The notes below the pieces were generated by a model. It saw only the letters and a program-made list of their open reading frames with translations, did no database searches and was not told where the DNA came from. A stretch of DNA of 64,000 nt from Candidatus Marinacidobacterium sp. Lineage in GTDB: Bacteria; Acidobacteriota; Vicinamibacteria; Marinacidobacterales; Marinacidobacteraceae. This document shows, one piece after another, positions 42,365-51,797 of the stretch. Position numbers and translations under genes: made by a program. The DNA lies in NCBI GenBank assembly GCA_965204755.1, contig OZ242011.1, positions 2,720,001-2,784,000 of the forward strand, in the 5' to 3' direction. How positions within the stretch are numbered: the stretch's first letter is position 1; every line of letters starts with the position of its first letter.

Positions 42365-43074
42365 TCCGCCCGGGCCTCGAACCGGTAGCCGGCGCCGCGG
42401 ACGGTCTGCAGGAGCGACGGTTCGCCCTCGGCGTCCACCTTCTGCCGGAGCCGGCGCACATAGACATCCACGCTGCGCGCGGTGATGGACCGGTCGCGGC
42501 CCCACACGCGGTCGAGGATCTGCTGCCGGGAGAAGACGCGGCCGGGATTCGACGCCAGGTGGTGCAGCAGCCGGAACTCGAGGTGGGTGATGGCGAGGTC
42601 GCGGTCGTCGCGCTGCACCCGGTGCGCCGCCGGATCTATCGTGAGTCCGCCGATGCGGAGGACTTCGTCCCCGCCCGCGCCGGCCGGCGCCGCCGCGTCC
42701 GCGCGGCCGGCGCGGCGGAGCACCGCGCCTACGCGGGCGACCAACTGCCGGGGGCTGAACGGTTTGGTGATGTAGTCGTCGGCGCCGAGTTCGATCCCGG
42801 TGATCACATCCACTTCCTCGCTCCGGGCGGTCAGCATGATCACCGGCAGCGAGGCGAGGGCCGGGTCGCTGCGCACCGCGCGGCAGACATCGAGGCCGCT
42901 GGTCTCCGGCAGCATCAGGTCGAGGATGAGCAGGTCGGGCGGCTCGCGCCGCAGTTCCTCCAGCCCGGCGTTGCCGCCGGCGGCGGCGGTCACCCGGTAG
43001 GACTCGCGCTCCAGGTTGAAGCGCAGGAGTTCGACGATGTCGGGGTCGTCTTCGATGATGAGGATGCGCTTCAT
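42361..43074 (-). CDS. phoB: PhoB/OmpR family response regulator
   Basis: LIIEDD, LDLMLP, GADDYITKPFS, RSVDVYVRRLRQK, TVRGAGY. Confidence 0.85.
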   Translation of the reverse strand: MKRILIIEDDPDIVELLRFNLERESYRVTAAAGGNAGLEELRREPPDLLILDLMLPETSGLDVCRAVRSDPALASLPVIMLTARSEEVDVITGIELGADDYITKPFSPRQLVARVGAVLRRAGRADAAAPAGAGGDEVLRIGGLTIDPAAHRVQRDDRDLAITHLEFRLLHHLASNPGRVFSRQQILDRVWGRDRSITARSVDVYVRRLRQKVDAEGEPSLLQTVRGAGYRFEARAD

Positions 43075-43592
43075 GACGGGTTTGCGACGGGTGCGCGGGC
43101 GGGGCGCGGCGGGCGACCGGAATCGTACGGAATTCCGGCGCGGCGCGCGAGACCGCGCAGGAGCGGGAACGCCCCCGCCGGGCGTCGACTTCCGGGCCGC
43201 CGCCGCGAGTCCGCGCCGGTCTCCGCTCCGGTCTCCGCCTGGGGCGGCGGCGCGGGGATTCCGACGGCTTCGCCCGACGAGAGCGCCCGTCGCGGGCCCG
43301 CGGGCCGCGCGGCCCGTGACCGCCGGCAGGGCGCCCGCGAGGAACGGCGGCGGGAACGGCGCTCGCCGTCGTCATCCTGCGTTAACCAACTTTTCGGCGG
43401 ATTGTTTTTCTCGTTTCAACACCGGGAAACCGCGCCGGAAACAGAATCCCCGCGCCGATGCCGGAACACCGACTCCGGGGCGGGGCGCCGCTCCCCGCGC
43501 TCCCCTCCCGCTCCCTTCGCCGGGCGTTTCTCCCGGTTCTCCCGGTTCTCCCGGTTCTCCCGCGCCGCCGCCGCTTCGGCGAAACGCGTCCG

Positions 43593-46334
43593 ATGACGCC
43601 GCTGGCCCTCGCGTCCGCCGTCTCCCTCGCGTTCGCCATCTCCGCGGCCGCCGTCGGCGCGGCGCAGGAAACCGGAACGGTGGCCGGCGTCGTCCGCGAC
43701 GCGTTCAACGGGATGACGCTGCCGTCGGCGCCGGTCACCGTGGTTTCGACCGGCCGCACGGTCTTCACCGAGTTGGACGGCGGCTTCCGCGCGCGGGCGC
43801 CGGCCGGGCCGCAGGAGATCCGCGTCTCCTTCGGCGGCTACACCCCGCGCGTCCTGACCGTGGAAGTCGTCGCCGGCGAAACCGCGCGGATCGAAGTCGC
43901 GCTGGAGATGGAGCGGTTCACCGAAGAGGTCGTCGTCTCCGCCGAAGCGGTCGAAGCGGAACTCTTCACCGCCGAAGCGCAACTGGTGGAACGGCGGAAG
44001 GCGGCGACGATCACCGACAACTTGGCCTCCGAAGAGATGAAGGAGAACGCCGACTCGAACGCCGCGTCGGCGATGAAACGCGTCACCGGGCTCACCGTCG
44101 TGGACAACCAGTATGTGTTCGTCCGGGGCCTCGGCGAGCGCTACTCCAACACCACGCTGAACGGCGCGGTGCTGCCGACCACCGAGCCGGACAAGCGGGT
44201 GGTGCCGCTCGACCTCTTCCCCGCCGGCCTGCTCGAAAGCGTGTCCGTGGTCAAGTCCTACCTGCCGGACAAGCCGGCGGACTTCTCCGGCGGCCTGGTC
44301 GAAATCGACCCGCTCTCGTTCCCGAGCGAGCCGGTGCTCAGTTTCTCGATGTCGCAGGGAATGAACTCGCGCACCTCCTTCCGGGACGGTCTCGGCTATC
44401 CGGGCGGCGCCCGCGACTGGCTGGGGTACGACGACGGAACCCGCGGTCTGCCGGCGGGCATTCCGAACGAACGCGCGGTGCGCACCAGCCGGTTCACCAG
44501 CGCCGGCTTCACCCCCTCGGAACTCGAAGCCATGGGCGAGTCCTTCGCCAATGTGTGGTCGCCGGAGACGACGCCGATCCGGCAGAACCAGTCCTTCAGT
44601 TTCGTCGCCGGGAACAGTTGGGACCGGTTCGGGGCCATCGTGAGCGGCGCCTGGTCGGAGAGCCACCAGAACCAGGACGAACGGCGGACCTTCTACGCGG
44701 TTTCCGCCGGCGACCTCGAAGTCCAGAACGAGTACGACTTCGACACGACCACCTCCAAGACCTCGACCGGCCTGGTCGGGAACCTGGCCTACCGGTTCTC
44801 CGGCAACCACCGGCTCGCCCTCGAGAACTTCTACACCCACAACTCGAAGAACGAGGCGCGGATCTTCCAGGGCTACAACAACGATGTGGGCGAGGACATC
44901 CGGAACACCCGGCTGTTCTGGGTGGAGGAGACCATCTTCTCCAGCACGCTCTCCGGCGAGCACTTCCTGCCCGGGCTCGCTTCCAGCCAGTTGGAGTGGA
45001 AGGCCACGCTCTCCCGCGCCGCGCGGGACGAGCCCGACCTGCGCGAGACGCTCTACGAGTTCAACCCGGCGGTGGAGGGCTTCGTGCTCGCCGACGAGTC
45101 GCAGAGCGGCTTCCGGATGTTCAACGACCTCGACGACGAAGTGCGGGAGTTGGGTTTCGACTGGAGCGCGTTCTTCACCCAGTGGAGCGGCCTGCCGGCG
45201 ATGTTCAAGTTCGGCCCGAGCCTGACCCTGCGCGAGCGCAGTTTCAGTTCGCGGCGCTTCCGTCTCAACCCGCGCATCGCCGGCGCGGTGGACCTCACCG
45301 CCGCCCCGGAGGACATCTTCACGCCGGAGAACATCGGCGCCTCCTACGAACTCCGCGAGGAGACCCGGCCGACGGACGCCTACGGCGCGGAACAGACGGT
45401 CACCGCCGCCTACGGGATGCTCGACCTGCCGCTCGGCCGCAACCTGCGGGTCATCGGCGGCGTCCGGGTGGAGCGGTCCCGCCAGCAGGTGGACACCTTC
45501 GACCCGTTCTCCACCGCTTCCGAGACGATCACCGCCCGGCTCGAGGACACGGACCTCCTGCCCGGCGTGAACGCGGTGTACGCGCTCACCGACCGGACGA
45601 ACCTGCGGGCGAGTTACAGCCACACGGTGAACCGCCCCGAGTTCCGGGAACTGGCGCCGTTCGAGTTCACCGATGTGGTGGGCGGACGCGCGGTGGTCGG
45701 CAACCCGGACCTGCAGCGGGCGCTCATCCGGAACCTGGACCTGCGGTTCGAGACCTTCCCCGGCGTCGGCGAAGTGCTGGCCGCGAGCGTCTTCTACAAG
45801 GACTTCTCCAACCCGATCGAGCGGATCGTCGAGCCGACGGCGCAACTGCGGACCTCCTACACCAACGCGGTGGGCGCCCGGAACGCCGGGGTGGAAATCG
45901 AGAGCCGCCGGCAGTTCGGCCGGTGGACCGGTTCCGCGAACTACACCTATGTGGATTCGCGGATCGAACTCGAGTCCGCCTCCGGTCAGGTGCAGACCCG
46001 CCTCGCCCGCCCGCTCGCCGGGCAGTCGGCGCATGTCTTCAACCTGAGCGCCGACCTCGACCTGCCGGAGATCGGCGGCAGTCTCCGGGTCCTCTACAAC
46101 TACTTCGGCGACCGGATCGTGGATGTGGGCTCCCTGGGTATGCCCGACATCTACGAAGAGGGCCGGGGCGCGCTGGACGCGGTGTTCTCCAAGCGGTTCG
46201 CTTCGTGGAGCCTCCGAGCCTCGTTCGACAACCTGCTGGACAGCGAGCACCGCTTCACCCAGGGCGGGAAGGCGCAGCGGACTTTCGGCCTCGGCCGGTC
46301 GTTCTCGCTCAGCGTCTCCTACTCGATTCGCTGA
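43593..46334 (+). CDS. TonB-dependent receptor
   Basis: Signal peptide, N-terminal carboxypeptidase-like domain, plug (YVFVRGLGERY, VPLDLFP), NRPEFRE, GNPDL, beta-barrel ending. Confidence 0.9.
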   Translation: MTPLALASAVSLAFAISAAAVGAAQETGTVAGVVRDAFNGMTLPSAPVTVVSTGRTVFTELDGGFRARAPAGPQEIRVSFGGYTPRVLTVEVVAGETARIEVALEMERFTEEVVVSAEAVEAELFTAEAQLVERRKAATITDNLASEEMKENADSNAASAMKRVTGLTVVDNQYVFVRGLGERYSNTTLNGAVLPTTEPDKRVVPLDLFPAGLLESVSVVKSYLPDKPADFSGGLVEIDPLSFPSEPVLSFSMSQGMNSRTSFRDGLGYPGGARDWLGYDDGTRGLPAGIPNERAVRTSRFTSAGFTPSELEAMGESFANVWSPETTPIRQNQSFSFVAGNSWDRFGAIVSGAWSESHQNQDERRTFYAVSAGDLEVQNEYDFDTTTSKTSTGLVGNLAYRFSGNHRLALENFYTHNSKNEARIFQGYNNDVGEDIRNTRLFWVEETIFSSTLSGEHFLPGLASSQLEWKATLSRAARDEPDLRETLYEFNPAVEGFVLADESQSGFRMFNDLDDEVRELGFDWSAFFTQWSGLPAMFKFGPSLTLRERSFSSRRFRLNPRIAGAVDLTAAPEDIFTPENIGASYELREETRPTDAYGAEQTVTAAYGMLDLPLGRNLRVIGGVRVERSRQQVDTFDPFSTASETITARLEDTDLLPGVNAVYALTDRTNLRASYSHTVNRPEFRELAPFEFTDVVGGRAVVGNPDLQRALIRNLDLRFETFPGVGEVLAASVFYKDFSNPIERIVEPTAQLRTSYTNAVGARNAGVEIESRRQFGRWTGSANYTYVDSRIELESASGQVQTRLARPLAGQSAHVFNLSADLDLPEIGGSLRVLYNYFGDRIVDVGSLGMPDIYEEGRGALDAVFSKRFASWSLRASFDNLLDSEHRFTQGGKAQRTFGLGRSFSLSVSYSIR

Positions 46335-46383
46335 GTTCGTCGGCTCCGTCCGCCCGCCCGCACAAGAAGGGGACCTTCCACGA

Positions 46384-47730
46384 ATGCGCAAGCAGCGACG
46401 GACCGCCGCCGCCCTCTCGCTCCCGCTCGTCGGGCTTCTCTCCGCAGCCTCGTGCGGCGACAACGACCCGGCCGTCACGCCGACCCCCGCTCCGGGCGCT
46501 CCGGGCCCGACGGACCCGAACGGGCCGCTCACCGTCCGGGGAACGATCGAAGCGGACACCACCTGGACCGCGGCCCGCGAAGTCCTGCTCGAGGGCGCGG
46601 TCTTCGTGGCCTCCGGGGCGACGCTCACCATCGAGCCCGGAACGAGGATCTACGGCAGCAGCGCGTCGAACGGCGCGCTGATCGTGAGCCGCGGCGGCCG
46701 CATCATGGCCGAAGGCACGCGCGAGAACCCGATCGTGATGACCAGCGACCAGCCCGACGGGGATCGCGCCCGCGGCGACTGGGGCGGCCTCATCATCAAC
46801 GGCGCGGCGCCGCTCAACATCCCCGGCGGAACCGCCGAGGGCGAAGGCGACACCGGGGAGTACGGCGGGACGAACGCGGACGACGACAGCGGCTCGCTCC
46901 GCTATGTGCGGGTGGAGTTCGCCGGCAGCGAGTTCAGCCCGGACAACGAACTGAACGGCATCGCGTTCCAGGGCGTCGGGCGCCGGACCGAAGTGGATTT
47001 CGTCCAGGTGCACTTCAACAAGGACGACGGCGTCGAGTTCTTCGGCGGGACGGTGAACGCGAAGCATGTGCTCTGCACCGGCATCGCCGACGACAGTTTC
47101 GACTGGACCGACGGTTGGACCGGCAAGGGCCAGTTCTGGATCGCCCAACAGCGCGGCGACGACGCCGACCAGGGCATCGAAGCGGACAACAACGGCGAGA
47201 ACAACGACCTCACGCCGCGCTCCGACCCGACGCTCTTCAACCTCACCCTCATCGGCGACCCGGACACCGACGAGGGCGACGAGAGCGACATCGGCATCCT
47301 CCTCCGCGAAGGCACCGCGGCGACGATCCGGAACAGCATCGTGATGGGTTTCAAGGACTACGGGCTGGATGTGGACAACGCCGCGACTTACCGGAACCTG
47401 GTCGACGGCGCCATCGCGGTGACGAACTCGATCTTCTTCGGGAACGCGCGGGGCGCCTTCGACGACGACTCCGGCGAACCGGAAACGCCGCCGATCACCA
47501 CCGCGGCGTTCGCGGCGACGCAGGAGGGCCTCCTCACCGACGACCCGATGCTCGGCGACCCCTACGACCACGCCGACCTCGACTGCAACCCGGCCGCCGG
47601 TTCGCCGGCGCTGACGGCGCGCGCCGCCACGCCGCCGAACGACGGCTTCTTCGAGCCGGCGAACTACCTCGGCGCCTGCGACGAGGACGACGACTGGTAC
47701 CGCGACTGGACGACCTTCGCCCGGAATTGA
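46384..47730 (+). CDS. Acidic beta-helix-type lipoprotein (TonB-receptor partner)
   Basis: Lipobox AASC; GATLTIEPGT, GDWGGLII, SGSLRYVRVEFAG, DDGVEFFGG. Confidence 0.75.
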   Translation: MRKQRRTAAALSLPLVGLLSAASCGDNDPAVTPTPAPGAPGPTDPNGPLTVRGTIEADTTWTAAREVLLEGAVFVASGATLTIEPGTRIYGSSASNGALIVSRGGRIMAEGTRENPIVMTSDQPDGDRARGDWGGLIINGAAPLNIPGGTAEGEGDTGEYGGTNADDDSGSLRYVRVEFAGSEFSPDNELNGIAFQGVGRRTEVDFVQVHFNKDDGVEFFGGTVNAKHVLCTGIADDSFDWTDGWTGKGQFWIAQQRGDDADQGIEADNNGENNDLTPRSDPTLFNLTLIGDPDTDEGDESDIGILLREGTAATIRNSIVMGFKDYGLDVDNAATYRNLVDGAIAVTNSIFFGNARGAFDDDSGEPETPPITTAAFAATQEGLLTDDPMLGDPYDHADLDCNPAAGSPALTARAATPPNDGFFEPANYLGACDEDDDWYRDWTTFARN

Positions 47731-47765
47731 GTCGCGGTCCCGAGCCGCCGCCGCGGGAGACGATC

Positions 47766-48362
47766 GTGAGGAAGACGCCGCCCCGCCGCGGCCGCGCGGG
47801 GAGGCGTCCCGGTCTCTTCGCGGCGGCGGCGCTCGGCCTCCTGCTCGCCGCCTCCTGCGGCGGCGGCCCGTCGGACGAGGCCCGCGCCGCCACGGACCTC
47901 CGCCCGGCCGCCTCGGCGGCCGACCCGCCGACGCCGCTCCCCGGCTCGGCGGGAACGCCGCAAGCGACCGCGCGGCTGGCCCTCGAACGGATCGCCGCCG
48001 GCGACCGGGAAGGACTGCTGGCCCTGGCGCTCACCGAAGCGGAGTTCCGCGAAGTGGTGTACCCGGAACTCCCCGCGAGCCGCCCGGAACGCAATACCTC
48101 CGCCGACTACCTCTGGCGCGGCCTCCGCCAGAAGAGCGAGAACGCGCTCGCGTCCACCCTCGACCGCCACGCCGGCCCCCCGCTGGAACTCCTCGCCGTG
48201 GACTTCCTCGGCGAAACCACCGACTACGGGACTTACCGCGTGCACCGCAGGACCGCCCTCACCGTCCGCGCGCCGGACGGAGGGAAGACGGTCGTCCGCG
48301 TCTTCGGCTCGATGATCGAACGCGGCGGCGAATACAAGATCTTCAGTTTCGTCACCGACTGA
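47766..48362 (+). CDS. Hypothetical lipoprotein
   Basis: Lipobox AASC, coding-like composition, end of ORF 46452..48362. Confidence 0.65.
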   Translation: MRKTPPRRGRAGRRPGLFAAAALGLLLAASCGGGPSDEARAATDLRPAASAADPPTPLPGSAGTPQATARLALERIAAGDREGLLALALTEAEFREVVYPELPASRPERNTSADYLWRGLRQKSENALASTLDRHAGPPLELLAVDFLGETTDYGTYRVHRRTALTVRAPDGGKTVVRVFGSMIERGGEYKIFSFVTD

Positions 48363-48429
48363 CTTCCGTCGGGTCGGCGCGGGCGCGCGGCCCGAACCTC
48401 GGCAGCGGGCGTCGCCGCCGACGGGGAGC

Positions 48430-50106
48430 CTACGCCGAAGTATCCGTCGCCGTCCGTCCGAACGCCCGGCAGATGGCGTCGAGTTTCTCGATCACCTCCG
48501 GGTGGACCTCTTCCGGCCGCATGAGCGCGGCGATCTCGTGGTAGCGGGTATGGGGAAGGTCGTGGATGTCGGCGGCGGCGAGGAGCGTCGGCAGCCGTTC
48601 CGCTCGAGCGCTCGCCGTGACGATGGGGTCGTCGTCGTGCGGATTTCGGGACAGGGCGGGGGGAACGGCATCGCGCCACTCGGCGCGCAGACCCTCGACC
48701 GCCGGTTGCGCCGCGTCGGCTCCCGCGGCGGCCTCCACGAAGCGGGCGAGCGCATCCGGATGAAACAGGTAACTCTCGATTTCGCAGCGCCGCCAGCGCA
48801 GCCGCTGCAGTCCCGTCCCGGAGATCGGGGTTTCCGGCATATCCGGTCGGGCGTCGCCGTCGAGGAGTTCCAGGCCGGGGAGACCGGGGCGGGCCAACAC
48901 CAGCGCTTCATAGTGGGCCTCGGCCCGGATACCCGGGCGGCCTTCCTCCGGCCGGACGGCCATCGGCTTCCAGAGCAGTTCCCTGTCGAGCAGCGACTGC
49001 GCCGGATGGGCGAGCACCCGCGCCCAGGCGCGGAGGATGTCCCGGTCGGCGGGGTCCTCGACATACAGCACGCCGCGGCAATTCGCGGTGAGCATGATCT
49101 CCAGGTTCGACCGGAGGTCGGGCGTTACGCCGACCCGGTTCCGCTCGGTCGAATCGGCCGCCATCCGCGGCCGGTCGGACAGGACCAGGAGTTCCCGCGG
49201 ATCCAAGGCGTTGATCAGCGTCTCGGAGTGGGTCGCCGCGATGATCTGTGACCCGGTTCGGAGCGCGGCCACCCGAAGTTCGCGCCAGAGGACATCCAGC
49301 AGGCCGACATGCAGGTGGGCATCGGGTTCGTCGAGGAGCAGGACCGCGGTCCGTTGTCCGAACAGCAGGGCGAACAGCATCACGACCTGGCGAAAGCCGA
49401 CGCCCGCGGACGACAGGTCGAAACGCGGACCTCCGTGGACCGGTTCGTATTCCGCGTAGAGGAACGGCCGGTTGACGACGGGTGGCAGGAGGCGGTAACC
49501 GAACAACCTGCCGACGACTTCCTGGAGCGAACTCCAGGCGGAGTCGTCGCGATGGGTCGCGGCGAGAAGACTGCGAAGCACCTGCCCGGAATTCCCCGTC
49601 GCGAAGACCTGCTCTACGGCCGCCGGCTGGAGGTAACGCTCGCGCATCTCCACTCCGGTCATCGCGGGAAGGAACGCCACGGGGAAATCGAGGCGTCGCA
49701 GGAGTTCGCTGTCGGCGTCACGCCGCGGCCGTACGGAGACTCGATGGGTGGCGTCCCAATGGAATTCCATCGCCACCGTCCAGCCGTCGCGGTGGCCGAT
49801 CTCGATCTCGACCTCGGCCCGGTACTTCCCGTCCGTCCAGAGTTGGTGGAAAGTCAGCAGCGGGACCGGAGGGAAGCCCAGCCAACTGATCGGCGCCTTC
49901 GCGAAGCCCTTGCGGAGTTCGAAGTCGTCGAGGCATCGCCACTCGCGAAGCGCGAACGCCCACGCGGCGATGGCCTGGAGCACCGTCGTCTTCCCGCTGT
50001 CGTTCGGCCCGGCGAGGACGACCGATCCGGGGACGACCGACCCGGGAAAGCGGAACTCCCGGTCCTCGAAGCGCTTGAAGCCGCGGACGCGAAGCCTCTC
50101 GATCAT
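48430..50106 (-). CDS. OLD-like ABC ATPase with TOPRIM-like C-terminal domain
   Basis: GPNDSGKTT, LLDEPDAHLH, ATHS; then YVEDPAD..LDGD..EIESYL. Confidence 0.75.
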   Translation of the reverse strand: MIERLRVRGFKRFEDREFRFPGSVVPGSVVLAGPNDSGKTTVLQAIAAWAFALREWRCLDDFELRKGFAKAPISWLGFPPVPLLTFHQLWTDGKYRAEVEIEIGHRDGWTVAMEFHWDATHRVSVRPRRDADSELLRRLDFPVAFLPAMTGVEMRERYLQPAAVEQVFATGNSGQVLRSLLAATHRDDSAWSSLQEVVGRLFGYRLLPPVVNRPFLYAEYEPVHGGPRFDLSSAGVGFRQVVMLFALLFGQRTAVLLLDEPDAHLHVGLLDVLWRELRVAALRTGSQIIAATHSETLINALDPRELLVLSDRPRMAADSTERNRVGVTPDLRSNLEIMLTANCRGVLYVEDPADRDILRAWARVLAHPAQSLLDRELLWKPMAVRPEEGRPGIRAEAHYEALVLARPGLPGLELLDGDARPDMPETPISGTGLQRLRWRRCEIESYLFHPDALARFVEAAAGADAAQPAVEGLRAEWRDAVPPALSRNPHDDDPIVTASARAERLPTLLAAADIHDLPHTRYHEIAALMRPEEVHPEVIEKLDAICRAFGRTATDTSA

Positions 50107-50120
50107 TCCCCCGCTCCGGG

Positions 50121-51671
50121 TCAGGCGCCGGCGGTGACGGTCTCCGGGGCTGACGACAGGTGGAGCCCGATGCCCGCGGCGGCGAGTTGGCGGGCTTCCT
50201 CCGCGAGGCCGGCGGCGGTCAGCGGGTGGTGTTCGAGCCAGCCCGCCGGGAAGGCGAGTTCCAGCGCCCCGTCCCGCGCGGACGCGGCGATCCGGGGCAG
50301 GGGTTCGCGGCTGCGGCGGCGGCAGAGGAGGACGGCGATCCGGAGGATGGCCGCCAGCCGGGCCACGGTTTCCGCGTCCGCCGCCGTCAGGTTCTCGAAC
50401 CGCTCGGGGCGCAGCCGCTGGCGATGCGTCTCGATGAGCGCGGCCAGCAGTTCCTGGTCGTCGCGGGAGAAGCCGGGCATCTCCGAGTTGCGGACGATGT
50501 AGGCGCCGTGGCGGTGGTGGCCGGTGAACGAGAGGGAGAGCCCGATCTCGTGGAGCGCCGCCGACCACCGGAGGAAACTCCGGTTCGACTCCGCTTCGAG
50601 GCCCCAGGCCGGCGCGAGTTGCTCCAGCCCGGCGAGCGCGGCCCCGGTGACCCGCTCCGCCTGCTCCGCATCCACCCGGTATTGCGACTTGAGGCTCTCG
50701 ATGGTCGCTTCGCGGACATCCTGCTTCCGCCGGCGGCCGATGAGGTCGGCGAGGACGCCCTCCCGGAGCGCGCCTTCCGCCGCGCGCAGTTCGTCGAGGT
50801 CGAGCGCCTTCATCGCGGCCCGGAGGATGGCCACCCCGCCGGGGAAGTCCCAGGCGCGGTCCGCCGGGAAACCGGGGATCGCCGCCGCGCCTTCGAGGGC
50901 GCCTTCGATGCTGCCGGCGGCGATCATCCGGTCGCGCAGCCGCTTGAGCCCGGGGCGGGTGATCCCGCCTTCGGCGCGGAGGAGTTCCGCCGCCGCCCGG
51001 ATCGTCCCCGACGAGCCGCGGGCGGCTCTCCAGCCCAGCCGGAAGAAGTCCTCCTCGACGGTCTGCAGTTCCCGCCGCGCCTCGGTTTCCGCCGCTGCGA
51101 AGGCGCCGCGGGTGAGGGCGCCGCCGGGGAAGAAGCGGCGGGTGAAGGAGACGCAGCCCATGTAGAGGCTCGCCGCGTGGAGGGCGTCGGCGCCCCGGCC
51201 GATGACCAGTTCGGTGCTGCCGCCGCCGATGTCCAGGACCAGCCGCCGGTCGCGGCCCTCCGGGAGCGAGGCGGCGACGCCGAGGTAGATGAGCCGCGCT
51301 TCCTCCGCGCCGGAGATGACCTCCACCCGCCGGCCGAGCGCCTTCGACGCGGCCCGCACCACCGCCTTGCGGTCGCGCAACTGGCGGAAGGTGTTCGTGG
51401 CGACCGCCCGCACGTTCCCCTCCGGCAGGCCGCGCAGGCGCTCGCCCATCCGCGCCAGCGCGCCGAGCGCCCGCTCCCGGAAGGCGGGGTCGAGGCGCTT
51501 CTGCCGGAGGCCGGCGGCGAGGCGCACCGGCTCCTGGACGCGGTCCACCACCTCGATGTTCTCGCCGTGGACGCGGGCGACGGTGAGGTGGAAACTGCGC
51601 GAACCGAGGTCCACGGCGGCGTAGAGCCCCTCCGGGGCCGGACGCTCCGTCGGCGCGGTTTCGGACTCCAC
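50121..51671 (-). CDS. ppx: Exopolyphosphatase / pppGpp phosphohydrolase (Ppx/GppA)
   Basis: AVDLGSRSFH, ISGAEEARLIYLG, DIGGGSTE, GALREG, LHEIG. Confidence 0.92.
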   Translation of the reverse strand: MESETAPTERPAPEGLYAAVDLGSRSFHLTVARVHGENIEVVDRVQEPVRLAAGLRQKRLDPAFRERALGALARMGERLRGLPEGNVRAVATNTFRQLRDRKAVVRAASKALGRRVEVISGAEEARLIYLGVAASLPEGRDRRLVLDIGGGSTELVIGRGADALHAASLYMGCVSFTRRFFPGGALTRGAFAAAETEARRELQTVEEDFFRLGWRAARGSSGTIRAAAELLRAEGGITRPGLKRLRDRMIAAGSIEGALEGAAAIPGFPADRAWDFPGGVAILRAAMKALDLDELRAAEGALREGVLADLIGRRRKQDVREATIESLKSQYRVDAEQAERVTGAALAGLEQLAPAWGLEAESNRSFLRWSAALHEIGLSLSFTGHHRHGAYIVRNSEMPGFSRDDQELLAALIETHRQRLRPERFENLTAADAETVARLAAILRIAVLLCRRRSREPLPRIAASARDGALELAFPAGWLEHHPLTAAGLAEEARQLAAAGIGLHLSSAPETVTAGA

Positions 51672-51761
51672 GGCGCGGGGAGGCTACTTCGCCGGCCGGT
51701 GGCCGAGTCCCGGAACCCGGCGTCCGGCCGATGCCGCTCTTCGGTCTATCGCTAAACACTG

Positions 51762-51790
51762 TTTTACAAATGGACGGCCATTCGTAAAAA
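51762..51790 (+). promoter_or_regulatory. Putative promoter (TTTACA-17 nt-AAAAAT) overlapped by a 12-bp inverted repeat operator
   Basis: TTTTACAAATGG-acgg-CCATTCGTAAAA, one mismatch, just before GTG 51798. Confidence 0.6.
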
Positions 51791-51797
51791 TAGACTC

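Noticed and set aside
43370-43425. Pho box upstream of the TonB receptor
   Set aside because: Only weak, poorly spaced matches (GTCATCC/GTTAACC); not supportable.
43016-46681. Very long alternative-frame and antisense ORFs (e.g. 1221 aa and 1071 aa, and many elsewhere)
   Set aside because: Arg/Pro/Gly-rich shadow ORFs expected in high-GC coding DNA.
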